A stretch of 43,698 nucleotides of DNA from a virus (taxonomy: Duplodnaviria; Caudoviricetes): positions 1 to 43,698 of IMG/VR virus record IMGVR_UViG_3300020181_000003. One strand, 5' to 3'. A model generated the notes under the pieces. It was not told the DNA's origin and made no database searches. It saw only the letters and a program-made list of their open reading frames with translations. This document shows, piece after piece, positions 14,870-24,629 of the stretch (position 1 is the stretch's first letter; every line of letters starts with the position of its first letter). Position numbers and translations under genes: made by a program.

Positions 14870-17244
14870 TAGCGACTCCCCTGAGAGCGGCGATTGGCCT
14901 CACGAATACCATCGATCGCCGACTGCTTTGCCGCCGCTGCCACGCGATAGACCTCAGTGCGGGTTGCCAGATCGACACCGCCGGAAAACTGGATTGTCTG
15001 TTCAACGGTGATGCCTCTCGCGCTGCCACCATCCGGCGAAACCGTCAGCCGCTCCCCCCTCGACACTTTAGCAATCGGCGAACCGTTCAGGCTCAAGAGG
15101 TTAGTGTCATAGCCATGCCGCCCGCCAAGAATGCCGGAGCCCCCGCGTGCAAAGCCCGGTATCGGCGCGTAGTCCGTGAAGCCTTCCCCCACCCTCATCG
15201 TAGAGCGCGACCCGCCGCCATAGGCATTCCAGGCCGTGCCGCCACCGCCGAGAAGCCCACTCAGGAACCCTGCCGCTGCTTGCTGCAAACGAATGCGTAT
15301 CAGGTCCACGATGATGCGGTTCGCGACGTCCTCGAAAACATCGCCCAGCTCCGTCACGTTCAGCTTGGCTTCCGCCAGTCCGTCGATCAGGTCTGACACA
15401 CCGCCGGCCGCCACTCCTTGAAGGGCTTCGTCTGCCTTCGCTGCCGTGGTGGGGAGGCTGTTGAGGAAGCTCTCCATTGGTCCCATCGTGCCGCGCACAA
15501 CGGCACCTCTCGCACTCGCCTCGCGTCCCGGTAGCGCTGCCTCCCGGCGTCTCCCCTCTTCCTGTTCGTTGAAGTCCGCGGAGGCCTTCAGCCGGGCAAT
15601 CGCCAGCCGCTCCTCTTCGAAGACGTGATCGAGTATCCTCAATTCGGCAGCGCGGCGTTCGGATGCCGTCTGCGCTGCACTCGCTAGTGCCTCCAGTTGA
15701 TCGCGCCGAATATCGAGGCTCAAGTCCTCCAGACGCTGCGCGTTCTCCTGGTCTCGGCTTGTCTTTTCGGCCGCAAGCTCCTGCTGTCGCAGCTCAGCAA
15801 GAATCCCTTCATCCACAAGCAACTGGTCAGCGCGGACACGGGTCAGGTCGCCCATCTGGAACGAATGCTCGATCGCTGCCCGTTCCTGTGCGGATTCGAG
15901 GCCAAGGATTTCAACTTCCTTGTCGTAGCGATCGTCCAGGCCATCGATGAGGTTGGCTTCGGAGCGCAGTATCTCAATCTGGTTGCGGCGCTTATCAGAT
16001 GCGAACTGGTATTCGTCACGCAGCGCGTCCTTGCGCTGGCGTTCCGCTTCACGAGCTAGCTGCTCTCCGGATTTCCCCTTCGGCCCGTCAGAACCCAGGA
16101 AATCGCCGACCCCAGCCCCTCCGCCAGCCTGTTCAGCGGGAGCCGCGATGCTGCCCGACGACATGCGCCTGCGAATGTCTTTCCGTCGCGTAAGCTGAGC
16201 CTGCACTGCCGCGCTGCGAAGGACGTTTGGATCGAACCGCCCCGCCTTCGCCGCAGCGGCATACGCTCCCTTGCCCGCCACGCGATCATATGCTGACCCG
16301 ATGTCTCGCGAGTTCTGGTGATAAGCTTCCTGAAGGCGCTCGGGATTGTTGACATAGCCGTATATCGCGCCGCCAGCAGCCCCGGCGATGGCACCATAGG
16401 GCCCTGCCACGCGCCCGGCGAGCGCACCCAAAGCAGCATAGGCCGCTGTCGGATTGGTAGCCATGAAATCCACAATACTCGCCGCTAGCTTGGACAGGGA
16501 GTCGGCAAGCTTGACGATGGAGTCGGCATTGTCCGCAACGGTGCCCGCAATTCTCGCTTCGAGGACCTGCTTAACCTCACTCAGCTTGTCGGCGGTGGCG
16601 TCGGCGTTCTGGATTTGCTCGTCGCTTAGCACCAGACCGAGTTCGTTCGCCGCGCGCGCCAGCTCGTCTATACCTTTCCTGCCGCCCGCAAGGAGCGTGT
16701 CCAGCTTTGCACCGGCTCTACCGAACAGAGCCACCTCAACAGCGGCGCGCTGCGAACGATCCTCTACCTTGGTCAGAGCTTCGGCGATAACGCGTGCTGC
16801 CTCGCCCGTTTCCTTGCCTGCCACATCGCGGGCGGTGAGCCCAATCGCCTCCAATGCCTTGGTTGGGGCCTTCGCGCCTGCTGCCACTTGTCCGAGAGTG
16901 ATGGTGAGCTTGCCAAGCGCCTTGTCCATCTCGTCTTGAGAGATCCCGACTTGCGATGCCGCATATCGGTACTCCTGAAGCGATTTGGTCGAGACGCCGA
17001 GCTGCTGAGCTACTTCGCCTAGGGACGAGGCGTATTCCAGCGCGCGGTGCGCTGTCTGCACAAGCAGGCCAGCCGTAAGCCCAGCGGTTAGTCCAGTGAG
17101 GGCGCTATTGATGCCCTTAAGCGACTTCTGGATTGCCGTGGCCGACGTCGCAGCTTCACGGCGCGACTTCGCCATGCCGGACGAGAATTGAGCACTGTCC
17201 AGGCCAAGGGTTACGCGGAGAGCGCCGATCAAACCTCCGGCCAT
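14869..17244 (-). CDS. Tape measure protein (791 aa)
   Basis: IGALRVTLGLDSAQF N-terminus; Ala-rich helical; GFARGG motif. Confidence 0.92.
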   Translation of the reverse strand: MAGGLIGALRVTLGLDSAQFSSGMAKSRREAATSATAIQKSLKGINSALTGLTAGLTAGLLVQTAHRALEYASSLGEVAQQLGVSTKSLQEYRYAASQVGISQDEMDKALGKLTITLGQVAAGAKAPTKALEAIGLTARDVAGKETGEAARVIAEALTKVEDRSQRAAVEVALFGRAGAKLDTLLAGGRKGIDELARAANELGLVLSDEQIQNADATADKLSEVKQVLEARIAGTVADNADSIVKLADSLSKLAASIVDFMATNPTAAYAALGALAGRVAGPYGAIAGAAGGAIYGYVNNPERLQEAYHQNSRDIGSAYDRVAGKGAYAAAAKAGRFDPNVLRSAAVQAQLTRRKDIRRRMSSGSIAAPAEQAGGGAGVGDFLGSDGPKGKSGEQLAREAERQRKDALRDEYQFASDKRRNQIEILRSEANLIDGLDDRYDKEVEILGLESAQERAAIEHSFQMGDLTRVRADQLLVDEGILAELRQQELAAEKTSRDQENAQRLEDLSLDIRRDQLEALASAAQTASERRAAELRILDHVFEEERLAIARLKASADFNEQEEGRRREAALPGREASARGAVVRGTMGPMESFLNSLPTTAAKADEALQGVAAGGVSDLIDGLAEAKLNVTELGDVFEDVANRIIVDLIRIRLQQAAAGFLSGLLGGGGTAWNAYGGGSRSTMRVGEGFTDYAPIPGFARGGSGILGGRHGYDTNLLSLNGSPIAKVSRGERLTVSPDGGSARGITVEQTIQFSGGVDLATRTEVYRVAAAAKQSAIDGIREANRRSQGSR

Positions 17245-17576
17245 CAGCGCCTCCTTTCCACCTTCCGGATCGTCATCGGAGCGCCGCGGGCGTTCAGTTC
17301 ACGCATCGCCGCCAGCATCTCGGAGGCGCCCTGCTGTCTCTTGGGCTGTCCGCTGGCCATGTATTTGCCAAGCGGCTTAAGCCTCTTCTCGCGAGCGAAG
17401 GCTTCCCCGTGCCATGCAGCGAACAAAGCCAGATCGTAGCGAGACTTGGCGGCGAGGGCACGGCCTTCCATAGCCGTGATGAATGAGCGCGGCGTCTGTC
17501 TCCAGAAGGAGTCAGGCTCGTAATGCTCGCACCACGATTTCAGGAAGGCTTCGACGCTCCACGCCGCTTCGGAGGG
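17244..17576 (-). CDS. Tail assembly chaperone T segment (reached by -1 frameshift)
   Basis: -1 frame open from the slippery site and encodes PDSFWRQTPR. Confidence 0.7.
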   Translation of the reverse strand, partial: PSEAAWSVEAFLKSWCEHYEPDSFWRQTPRSFITAMEGRALAAKSRYDLALFAAWHGEAFAREKRLKPLGKYMASGQPKRQQGASEMLAAMRELNARGAPMTIRKVERRR

Positions 17577-17908
17577 TTTTTGCCCTTCGCTTCCGGTTCT
17601 GCCGTGGGGAATGCAGCTTCGATCAACTTGGCGAACGCCGCCCCGACCGCCTCCCCAGCCTCACCTCGTGCGAGCGCCGACGCCTCTTCAAGCGTGACCT
17701 TCGGATGATGCTCCTGAAGAAGCCCCCACACGACCCGAGCCTGAAGGCCGACCGAGGGATTTCCGGCAAGCATCTCCCCCAGGATCGTGTCGTAAGAGCG
17801 CCCGCCAAGCAGGCTTTCGGTCGCGTCGATCGTCTTGAAGTTGATGACGAGCCGATACGTCTCTTCGCCGACCGTAACGGCCTGCTCGTTGTAGTAGGGC
17901 TTGACCAT
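17540..17908 (-). CDS. Tail assembly chaperone (gpG-like)
   Basis: Between major tail and tape measure genes; ends GKNPP. Confidence 0.8.
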   Translation of the reverse strand: MVKPYYNEQAVTVGEETYRLVINFKTIDATESLLGGRSYDTILGEMLAGNPSVGLQARVVWGLLQEHHPKVTLEEASALARGEAGEAVGAAFAKLIEAAFPTAEPEAKGKNPPKRRGASKPS

Positions 17909-18345
17909 TACGCGCCGGCGGCTTCGGTCGTGGCCCCGGTGAAGCGGACAGTGAGCGTAGCCGTCATGCGGTCATCGATCGGCACGGCGCGCTCATAGCC
18001 GCGGACGATGCACTCGCCAGTGATTTCCCAGGTGCCATCACCGTCCGGAATGACGATCATGTAACCGCGCGCGTTACCGTCCGCTTGCGCGGCGCGGATC
18101 AGCTCGTCAGTTGCCGAGCCCGGCACATAGTTCATCTCGAACGTGCCTTCGCCGTCCTCAATCATGCCGGAAATGTATTCCCGGCGGCGATTGGGCGATT
18201 TGAAGTGCGTTGCCTCGACTGCCGCAGTGGTCGGGTTCGGCAGGGTGATGCCGGTGATTTCGCCAAGCGGGGTAAGGACAGCAGGGGTTGCGCCGTCCTC
18301 CAGATGAAACTCGGCTCCCCAGCCGATCTGTGCCTCAGTCGCCAT
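17908..18345 (-). CDS. Major tail (tube) protein
   Basis: VEATHFKSPNRRREYISGMIEDGE motif. Confidence 0.88.
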   Translation of the reverse strand: MATEAQIGWGAEFHLEDGATPAVLTPLGEITGITLPNPTTAAVEATHFKSPNRRREYISGMIEDGEGTFEMNYVPGSATDELIRAAQADGNARGYMIVIPDGDGTWEITGECIVRGYERAVPIDDRMTATLTVRFTGATTEAAGA

Positions 18346-18356
18346 TATGAGCCCTC

Positions 18357-18743
18357 CTATTGAGCCGAGTAATTGATGGTGAAGTCCATGCTCGGACGGA
18401 AAATGAACTGCGTCTCCGTGCGCTCTGAAAGATCGCGGGAGCGAACAAAGGCGCGTCCGAACTTCACGCCGTTGATTGTCATCTCGGGAAGAAGGCTGTT
18501 CACAACCGCTTCCTCGATCTGCGTCGCCTCAAGATACCCGAGCGCCCACACGTCCACTTGCACGAGCGCGAACTGCGTCTTCTGAAGGCCGGTCATGTGT
18601 TGGGCGTAATCGCGATCGATCACCTGAAGCGTAATCGCCGGGAAGCCTTCGTCCTGAGGTCGCTCGATCCAGTTGATCCTCTCGCCGACAAGAGACGTGA
18701 CTGCGCTATCCGCCAGCAGGCGGGCGATCAGGGCTTCCTCCAT
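18357..18743 (-). CDS. Tail terminator (DUF3168-like)
   Basis: LVGERI...RPQ...PAITL...VQVDVWA. Confidence 0.85.
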   Translation of the reverse strand: MEEALIARLLADSAVTSLVGERINWIERPQDEGFPAITLQVIDRDYAQHMTGLQKTQFALVQVDVWALGYLEATQIEEAVVNSLLPEMTINGVKFGRAFVRSRDLSERTETQFIFRPSMDFTINYSAQ

Positions 18744-18745
18744 GA

Positions 18746-19228
18746 TTACCCTTTCGCTGCGAGCCTTGCCGCCTTGCGAGCGAGACGTGCCCGCGACTTC
18801 TCGATTTCCTTGCCGAGTTCGTCACCGACGATCTTCAGCGTTTCGTCCTGCGTCTCTTCCCACGCCGGCCGGGCATGAGGCTGGGCCGCTTGATGGACGT
18901 TGCCGAACTCGGTTTGCACGCCAGCCGGATCGTTCGTGCCAGCATAGACTTCCGAGAAGTCCTTACCCTCTTTCCTTGCTGCCTTCGCTTGGCTGCGATT
19001 GAGCCTTGTCCCGGCGTGGTAGCTATCCCGAAGTGTCCCGGGCGCGCGGCCCGGGCTGCTCTTCGGGTCTTCGTCAATCGGGGCCTTCGCCTTTACCGAT
19101 CGGACGAAGGGCTCAAGAGCCTTCAGACCCGTTCTGCGAAGCGTCGCTCGCGCCGTTGCCTTCGGAAACTCTGCCATCGCTCGGTCCAGGTCCGCGAGAC
19201 CTTCCACCGCCTGCGTTCTCGCCACCAT
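18746..19228 (-). CDS. HK97 gp10 family tail-completion protein
   Basis: VEGLADL...GTLRDS...EFGN..Q.AQP..RPAW. Confidence 0.85.
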   Translation of the reverse strand: MVARTQAVEGLADLDRAMAEFPKATARATLRRTGLKALEPFVRSVKAKAPIDEDPKSSPGRAPGTLRDSYHAGTRLNRSQAKAARKEGKDFSEVYAGTNDPAGVQTEFGNVHQAAQPHARPAWEETQDETLKIVGDELGKEIEKSRARLARKAARLAAKG

Positions 19229-19358
19229 CGACGGCCTCCACGATCTTGCGGGTGATCAGCACCCCGGGCGTGGGGTGTTCGTAGATGCGGCCCGGATGCT
19301 TGGTGTAGCAGGGCGCATAGGTGTTATGGTGCCGACGCAGCGTGCGAACCTTCGCCAT
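19113..19358 (-). CDS. Small hypothetical virion-region protein (MAKVRTLRRHHN...)
   Basis: SD AAGGAG; fills the 19229-19359 gap; its tail overlaps the gp10-like gene. Confidence 0.5.
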   Translation of the reverse strand: MAKVRTLRRHHNTYAPCYTKHPGRIYEHPTPGVLITRKIVEAVDGGENAGGGRSRGPGPSDGRVSEGNGASDASQNGSEGS

Positions 19359-19359
19359 C

Positions 19360-19680
19360 TCAGACGCTCCTTGTTGCGGTGATGTGGATTTCGGCCATGC
19401 CCACAGGGATCGCGGAGGTGATGTCCCACACTCCCCCAAGGGCATTGATGCGGTGCTTCGTGCCGACCTGACGCGTTTTCGGTGTTGCCAGCACGATGAA
19501 CGTGGCGGTCTGGGATGCGCCTTCCTGTGCTGCTTGCCGGCGTTCCTGGCCTGTCCCGAACAGAACTTCCGCGAAGGCTTCCGTGAACATCGCCCACGTC
19601 TCCACCTTCTCATTCATGGCGTTGCGGGTGAAGGTGGAAGCCTCGATCGAAATGCGACGATTGCGCTGACCCGGGTCCAT
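19360..19680 (-). CDS. Head closure/head-tail adaptor (SPP1 gp16-like)
   Basis: MDPGQRNRRISI...W...AEV....ER motif. Confidence 0.85.
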   Translation of the reverse strand: MDPGQRNRRISIEASTFTRNAMNEKVETWAMFTEAFAEVLFGTGQERRQAAQEGASQTATFIVLATPKTRQVGTKHRINALGGVWDITSAIPVGMAEIHITATRSV

Positions 19681-20432
19681 TACAACGACGGGCTCCGATG
19701 AGCATCGCAGAGCGAGGTGACTGCGAGCGGGATCTCCGCCATCGCGGCATTTCCCACGCTGGATCGATTGACGAAGTAGTGCCCGATCAACAGCAACATC
19801 GCCTGAATGAGCGACTGCGGCACCTCGCCCTCGGCATATCCAGCCGTATACGTGACTTCGAACTGCTCCGGATGCGCCAGGTAAGGCCAGCTTAGGCCCG
19901 CCCCTGGAAACAGCCTGCCCGCCACGATGCGCGTGTCTGCAAAGCCCGCGACGGATGCAGAGACGATCGGGCGGCGATAGAGCGAGACGACCCCGCGCTC
20001 CGGCCTGTGGAACTCCGTGAACTCCCTCCGCACCAAAGCGAGGCCGGTGTAATTCTCGACCCATTCACGAGCGGCGCGGATATAGCCGGCGATCAACTCG
20101 TCTTCTTCGTCGGAGTCGAGGACGCGAATTTGCTGCTTGGCCTGCTCCAGACTGACAGGCTCTCCATACGGGATGACATAGACCCGCTGGAACGTCCTCC
20201 CGCCGCTCGTCTTGAGAAGTGCGGTGATCTTGATGAGCGTGCCGGGGGAACCGCCGGAGAGCCAGACAGTAACCGCATTGTCGCTGTAGGCTTCGCTGTC
20301 CTTCGTCGCACCTGTGACGGTGATGCTGGACTGCGCTTCTGCCAACGTCTCCCCATCCTGGAGAAGCCCGCTGGCATCGATGCGATAGTCCAGCACTTCC
20401 TCAGGTGATTTGGAGGGAAGCGTGCCTACCAT
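19680..20432 (-). CDS. Head-tail connector (gp6-like) with an extra N-terminal ~90-aa domain
   Basis: EPVSLEQAKQQIRV...D.LI..YI.AARE.VENYTG and QAMLLLIGHYF.NR; N-terminal KSPEEVLDY...VWLSGG domain. Confidence 0.85.
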   Translation of the reverse strand: MVGTLPSKSPEEVLDYRIDASGLLQDGETLAEAQSSITVTGATKDSEAYSDNAVTVWLSGGSPGTLIKITALLKTSGGRTFQRVYVIPYGEPVSLEQAKQQIRVLDSDEEDELIAGYIRAAREWVENYTGLALVRREFTEFHRPERGVVSLYRRPIVSASVAGFADTRIVAGRLFPGAGLSWPYLAHPEQFEVTYTAGYAEGEVPQSLIQAMLLLIGHYFVNRSSVGNAAMAEIPLAVTSLCDAHRSPSL

Positions 20433-22363
20433 GCGACCCTCCGCGCTGTTGCCGTTCTTGTGCGTGCGTTTGCCGTGCGTGTCCGGTCCCATGCCCAGGG
20501 ACGTGCCGTTCGCGCCGAAGCTGTCTGGAACTCGAACCGGAAGGAGATCGCAGGGCTGTCGGCAAACAGACCCTGCTCTCCATCATGAACCTGTATTGCC
20601 GATCGGGACACGAGCTGTGGCACTTCGACACGCTGGCGCTGAAAGGCCTCGTTGACGACGATGAGCAGAGGCTTGAACTGAACCGTGATGCGATCCGCCT
20701 GCATCGCCTGCGCTGCATCCGCTGGCGAAATCGACGTCTTGGCTGCCAACGTTATCCCGTCAGTCAGCTGTTGCTGCCGTGCGCCCTGTGCCGTGATGGC
20801 GAAATGCCCAACCACTGAGGCTTGATCGGCCGCTTGCGCCTGTGCCCCATCATGAGCCGCCGCAGCGGACTTTGCGGCAACTCCCGCGTTGTCCGCTGTT
20901 TGCACTTGCGCGACGCCCTGCGGGGCAACCGTGCCGCCCGCCAGCACCCCGGCCTGTTCTGCTACCTGGCCTTGTGTTGAATCCTGCGCCCCGATCGCAC
21001 TTTTCGCAGCAATCGTCGGGGCGTCGCTGAACTGCGATTGACGGGCATCCGAGGGAACGAGCGAAGAACTTGGGGCTTCCGCCTCAGCAAGAGGAACGCC
21101 GGACCCCTGCTTTTGCGTCCCTTCCGCCGGCTGAATCGCGTAGTGAGCAATAAGCCCCGCCAGATCAACAATCTGGGTTTGTCTCGCGTCCTGAACAGCG
21201 ATAGTCGATTGCGAGACGACCGCAGGAGCATCCGTCGTCTGCGCCTGCCTCGCGTCAGCTGGGGCGAAGGTATAGCCGCCGATCACCCCGGCAACGTCAA
21301 CAACCTGCCCTTGCACCGCATCACCAGGGCTCACAGCGGACTTCGCTGCTACCCCGGGTTGTTCGGCACTCTGGCTTTGCGATGCCTTCGCAGGGACGAT
21401 GGTGGAACGAGCGACAATACCGGCTTGATCAGATCCCTGTGGCTGGGCGGTGCTTGCGACGTTGACCGAAGAGCGAGCCGTGATGCTTGTAGCGCCCGCT
21501 GTCTGGAACATGACGACGCTTGCGGGCGTGATTGCCGTGGGCGGTAGCGCGACCGTTGCGGCGTCCGCACGTTGCGCCTGTCGTGCGTCATTGGGGCTTA
21601 GCGAGGCATTGTAGGCGAGGATTACGTTGTCGGCGGATTGGGCCTGCTTGGCTTCATCCGGCTTGACCTGGAGATCGGCGGGTTCGTCGTCATTTGCGGG
21701 GCGGAGGGCTAGAGTGACAGCCGACCATGCTGCAATGGTCGCCGTGCTGCCTCCAGACCATGCGACGGGGTCGTAAGTGCCGCCAGGCCAACTCACGAAG
21801 CCGGAGCCCGCAATGCCTTTGAAGTTGTCGTTGCTGAAGTCGGATAGGAAATGGTCTAGACCAGTTTGCGAGAATGGCGTTGCGGTCGGGGCGGCCGCAC
21901 CTCCGCAAACAACTATGAATGAGTTCTCGGTTACTGGTGTAATCGGAGGAGGATTAGGCTGTCCGCTGTCGATCCCAGTCGCGGTGGTTGGCGCAACGTC
22001 AAAGACTGCCTCGTCAACAGCCCGAAATACCTGTATTACAACTACTCCGCCATCAGCGGACGCTCCGGTAGCCGTGACTTCTACAGTTTCGTCAGGAGGT
22101 GACGGCAGTCTCTTCCAACTGACTGTTTGATTCACATCGTAGGTGTCGTTGCTATAAGGCTCTGCCAGCTTTGCGTAGCCGGGCGTGGTGACACCGATCG
22201 ATCGTTTCGCGTTGGACCCCGTCACATAGTTCACAATGACGATGTCGCCCTCCGCCGGAGTTGAGGCGACACCACCTGAAAGGTCGGTCAGCGAGATGGG
22301 GGCGGGCGCAACTGTAGTCCCAAGAAACGCAACGACTTTCCCGCCGACATACTCGATCGCCAT
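20426..22363 (-). CDS. Repeat-rich fibre protein (about 17 x 22-aa repeats), putative neck/head fibre
   Basis: N-terminal globular domain, then h-x-P-x-D-A-x-Q-x-Q-x-x-D repeats. Confidence 0.75.
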   Translation of the reverse strand: MAIEYVGGKVVAFLGTTVAPAPISLTDLSGGVASTPAEGDIVIVNYVTGSNAKRSIGVTTPGYAKLAEPYSNDTYDVNQTVSWKRLPSPPDETVEVTATGASADGGVVVIQVFRAVDEAVFDVAPTTATGIDSGQPNPPPITPVTENSFIVVCGGAAAPTATPFSQTGLDHFLSDFSNDNFKGIAGSGFVSWPGGTYDPVAWSGGSTATIAAWSAVTLALRPANDDEPADLQVKPDEAKQAQSADNVILAYNASLSPNDARQAQRADAATVALPPTAITPASVVMFQTAGATSITARSSVNVASTAQPQGSDQAGIVARSTIVPAKASQSQSAEQPGVAAKSAVSPGDAVQGQVVDVAGVIGGYTFAPADARQAQTTDAPAVVSQSTIAVQDARQTQIVDLAGLIAHYAIQPAEGTQKQGSGVPLAEAEAPSSSLVPSDARQSQFSDAPTIAAKSAIGAQDSTQGQVAEQAGVLAGGTVAPQGVAQVQTADNAGVAAKSAAAAHDGAQAQAADQASVVGHFAITAQGARQQQLTDGITLAAKTSISPADAAQAMQADRITVQFKPLLIVVNEAFQRQRVEVPQLVSRSAIQVHDGEQGLFADSPAISFRFEFQTASARTARPWAWDRTRTANARTRTATARRVAW

Positions 22364-22377
22364 CAGTCAGGCTCCGA

Positions 22378-22743
22378 TCAGGTCGGGTCGTTGATCTCGA
22401 TGTCCCAGAAGCTCACATCGGCGACACCACCGGCAGAGACAGCCTGGCTCGTCGTGGTCGTGACATAGCGCAGGGTTGAGTCCGTCGTGCGAATCAAGGC
22501 GACGTGCGTGGCTGTCCCCGAGCTGTCCACCGGGACGCCGGTCTTGGCCTGAACGCGCCGCTTCCGGCCCGATGTATCCCCATCGGCAAGAGCGTCGAAC
22601 GTCGGCACCACGTCCGCCAGCGCATAAGTGGCGTTCGCCTGCGCATAGGTTGTCGGCTGTGCCGAGCACAGGACCATCTTGTCCGCGTCGGTGTAATAGG
22701 TGAGCGCGGCGTCCATGCCGGCGTCAGGTGCGAACTTCGCCAT
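22378..22743 (-). CDS. Small beta-rich virion protein (fibre-associated)
   Basis: SD GGAGGG; GTATHVAL...LRYVT motif; next to the repeat fibre gene. Confidence 0.7.
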   Translation of the reverse strand: MAKFAPDAGMDAALTYYTDADKMVLCSAQPTTYAQANATYALADVVPTFDALADGDTSGRKRRVQAKTGVPVDSSGTATHVALIRTTDSTLRYVTTTTSQAVSAGGVADVSFWDIEINDPT

Positions 22744-22744
22744 G

Positions 22745-22969
22745 TCAGCCCTCCAGAACCTTGTTTGCCGTACCGGCAAAGACAGTGTCAGGGTCGATCG
22801 TCACCGTGCCCTCTGGATAGGGCGCCATGATCGGATCATCATCCGTCTGCTCTGCCCATCCGGCGGCGACGAAATATTCCTCCGCACGATCGTCCTCGAA
22901 GGCGAGCGCGACGGTCGGGGGAAAGGTGTTGGTGCCGTGCTTGACGGCTTCCTTGAACTTGATCGGCAT
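22745..22969 (-). CDS. Hypothetical protein (74 aa)
   Basis: Tight packing; protein-like. Confidence 0.7.
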   Translation of the reverse strand: MPIKFKEAVKHGTNTFPPTVALAFEDDRAEEYFVAAGWAEQTDDDPIMAPYPEGTVTIDPDTVFAGTANKVLEG

Positions 22970-23027
22970 CGCTTATTTGCCCTTCCGCTTGGGAGTGGGC
23001 CGCACCCGTAAGCGCGGCCCTGCCAGG

Positions 23028-23294
23028 TCAGCCGTTCTTCAGGTTCGCTTCGACCGCTTCCGGACCCGAGAGGGTCGGGTCGTTGAAGTCGATGCGGTTC
23101 TGATCGACGGTCGTGTTCTCGCGCGGATTGGCATCCACCGCCGGATGCTTGGGATCCACGTCCCCCACGATCTGAATCGGCGCGCCAGAGGTTTCGAAGT
23201 CGGTCGCTTCCTTGATGTTCGCCTTGCCCGACTGGTCGAGATCGGCAGCAGTCGTTGCATGAACCGGCTCAGCCGGAGTCTTCTTCGCAGCCAT
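23028..23294 (-). CDS. Hypothetical protein after the capsid gene (88 aa)
   Basis: SD GGAGG; MAAKKTPAEP... Confidence 0.7.
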   Translation of the reverse strand: MAAKKTPAEPVHATTAADLDQSGKANIKEATDFETSGAPIQIVGDVDPKHPAVDANPRENTTVDQNRIDFNDPTLSGPEAVEANLKNG

Positions 23295-23318
23295 GTTGGC
23301 CTCCATCTGAAAAGAGTT

Positions 23319-23343
23319 GGGGCTGGACACCGCGCCCAGCCCC
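23319..23343 (-). terminator. Hairpin/terminator after the major capsid gene
   Basis: GGGGCTGG...CCAGCCCC followed by AACTCTTTTC. Confidence 0.5.
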
Positions 23344-23354
23344 TGCGTCACTGA

Positions 23355-24617
23355 TTATGAAGCAGCGACCGTCATCGCCTTCATCGCGGCCGGGTTCTGG
23401 ACCCCGCCACCGACGCGCCGGATCGTGTAGAAGCCGACGTAAGGCTTGTTCGTCAGCGCATCGCGGATAACCCGGATGCCCATCCGATCGAGGATCAGAT
23501 AGGTTTCGGCCATGTCGCCGTAGAGCAGCGGGATCGCCGACGCCGCGATGTTCGCCATGTCGGGCATGTCCACCAGCGGGCGACCCATGAGCGTGGCCGG
23601 CTGCCCAGCCTGGTAGCTCGGCTGCCACAGGTAATTGCCCTGCCCGTCCTTCAGGAGGCGCAGCGCACCCTGCGTGTTCATGTTGCCGAAGAACCGAGCG
23701 TTGCCCTGATACTGAGACGGCAACGCATAGACGAGCTTCACGACTGCGTCGGCAGTGATCGCCGTCGCGCCCCCGCTCACCACGGTGTCGATGTCGCCCC
23801 ACGGATGCGTTGCCGCATTCGCCGCACCGGTCACGTAGGTCAGGAGGCCGTTCGGCTTGTTCGTGCCGTTGCCAGAGAGGAAGGCAATGTTCTCCTGACG
23901 ATCGAACTCCACCGCGACTTCGCGGGTCAGCCACGCCTCGATGTCGATCACGCTGTCATCAAGGAGCTGCTGGGTCACCTGCGGGTTGGCATAAATCTCG
24001 CCGTTGCCGAAGGCCAGAGGCGAGAGCTGAGGCGTGGTAGTGGCAGGACGGGAAGCCGTCTCACCAACCCAGCCGCTGCCGATCGAGCGGTCGCTGAACA
24101 GGCGGGTGAAGCCGGCCGTGCCGACTGCCTGCACTGTCGCATATTGCCGCATTGGCGAGATGAGCTTCAGCTGCTCGCTGATCGTGCGATCCCATTCGAC
24201 GGGCGCCGTATAGCCGCCGTCCGGGTTCGACCCGACCGACATCGCCGCCTGAATCTCGTTCTTGCGGACGTAAGCCTGGAATGCGCCTGTATATTCCGGG
24301 TTCTCCGGCTGCGGCTTGCTGCCGATGCCGCCGATCTTGGAGGCGGCAATCTGCCTCGCCTGCTCGTCCATAGCGGTCTGGAGCTTGCCGACCTGCTCAT
24401 TCAGCGCGTTGATCTGCTGAACGTCGAGAGGATCGACCTTCGCCTCGACAGTGTCGAGACGCTTGTCGTTCTTCTCCTGCAATTCCTTCACCGTCTTCTG
24501 GAGTTCGGCAAAGAGGGCTTTGGGGTCTGAGGCGTCGGCCCGGATGCCAAGGCCTGCGATTGCGCGCGGAAAGACCGCAGCGCCCGCCCTAAGGGCGGTC
24601 TGCTTCGTGTACTTCAT
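23355..24617 (-). CDS. Major capsid protein, HK97 family
   Basis: DGGYTAP, WVGE, LLDDS, GNGTNKPNG, KDGQGNYLWQP, RRVGG motifs. Confidence 0.97.
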   Translation of the reverse strand: MKYTKQTALRAGAAVFPRAIAGLGIRADASDPKALFAELQKTVKELQEKNDKRLDTVEAKVDPLDVQQINALNEQVGKLQTAMDEQARQIAASKIGGIGSKPQPENPEYTGAFQAYVRKNEIQAAMSVGSNPDGGYTAPVEWDRTISEQLKLISPMRQYATVQAVGTAGFTRLFSDRSIGSGWVGETASRPATTTPQLSPLAFGNGEIYANPQVTQQLLDDSVIDIEAWLTREVAVEFDRQENIAFLSGNGTNKPNGLLTYVTGAANAATHPWGDIDTVVSGGATAITADAVVKLVYALPSQYQGNARFFGNMNTQGALRLLKDGQGNYLWQPSYQAGQPATLMGRPLVDMPDMANIAASAIPLLYGDMAETYLILDRMGIRVIRDALTNKPYVGFYTIRRVGGGVQNPAAMKAMTVAAS

Positions 24618-24629
24618 GGTAGGGGTCTC

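Noticed and set aside
20600-21670. CRISPR array or DNA tandem repeat
   Set aside because: The periodicity is at protein level (22-aa repeats) with degenerate DNA; no identical repeats with spacers
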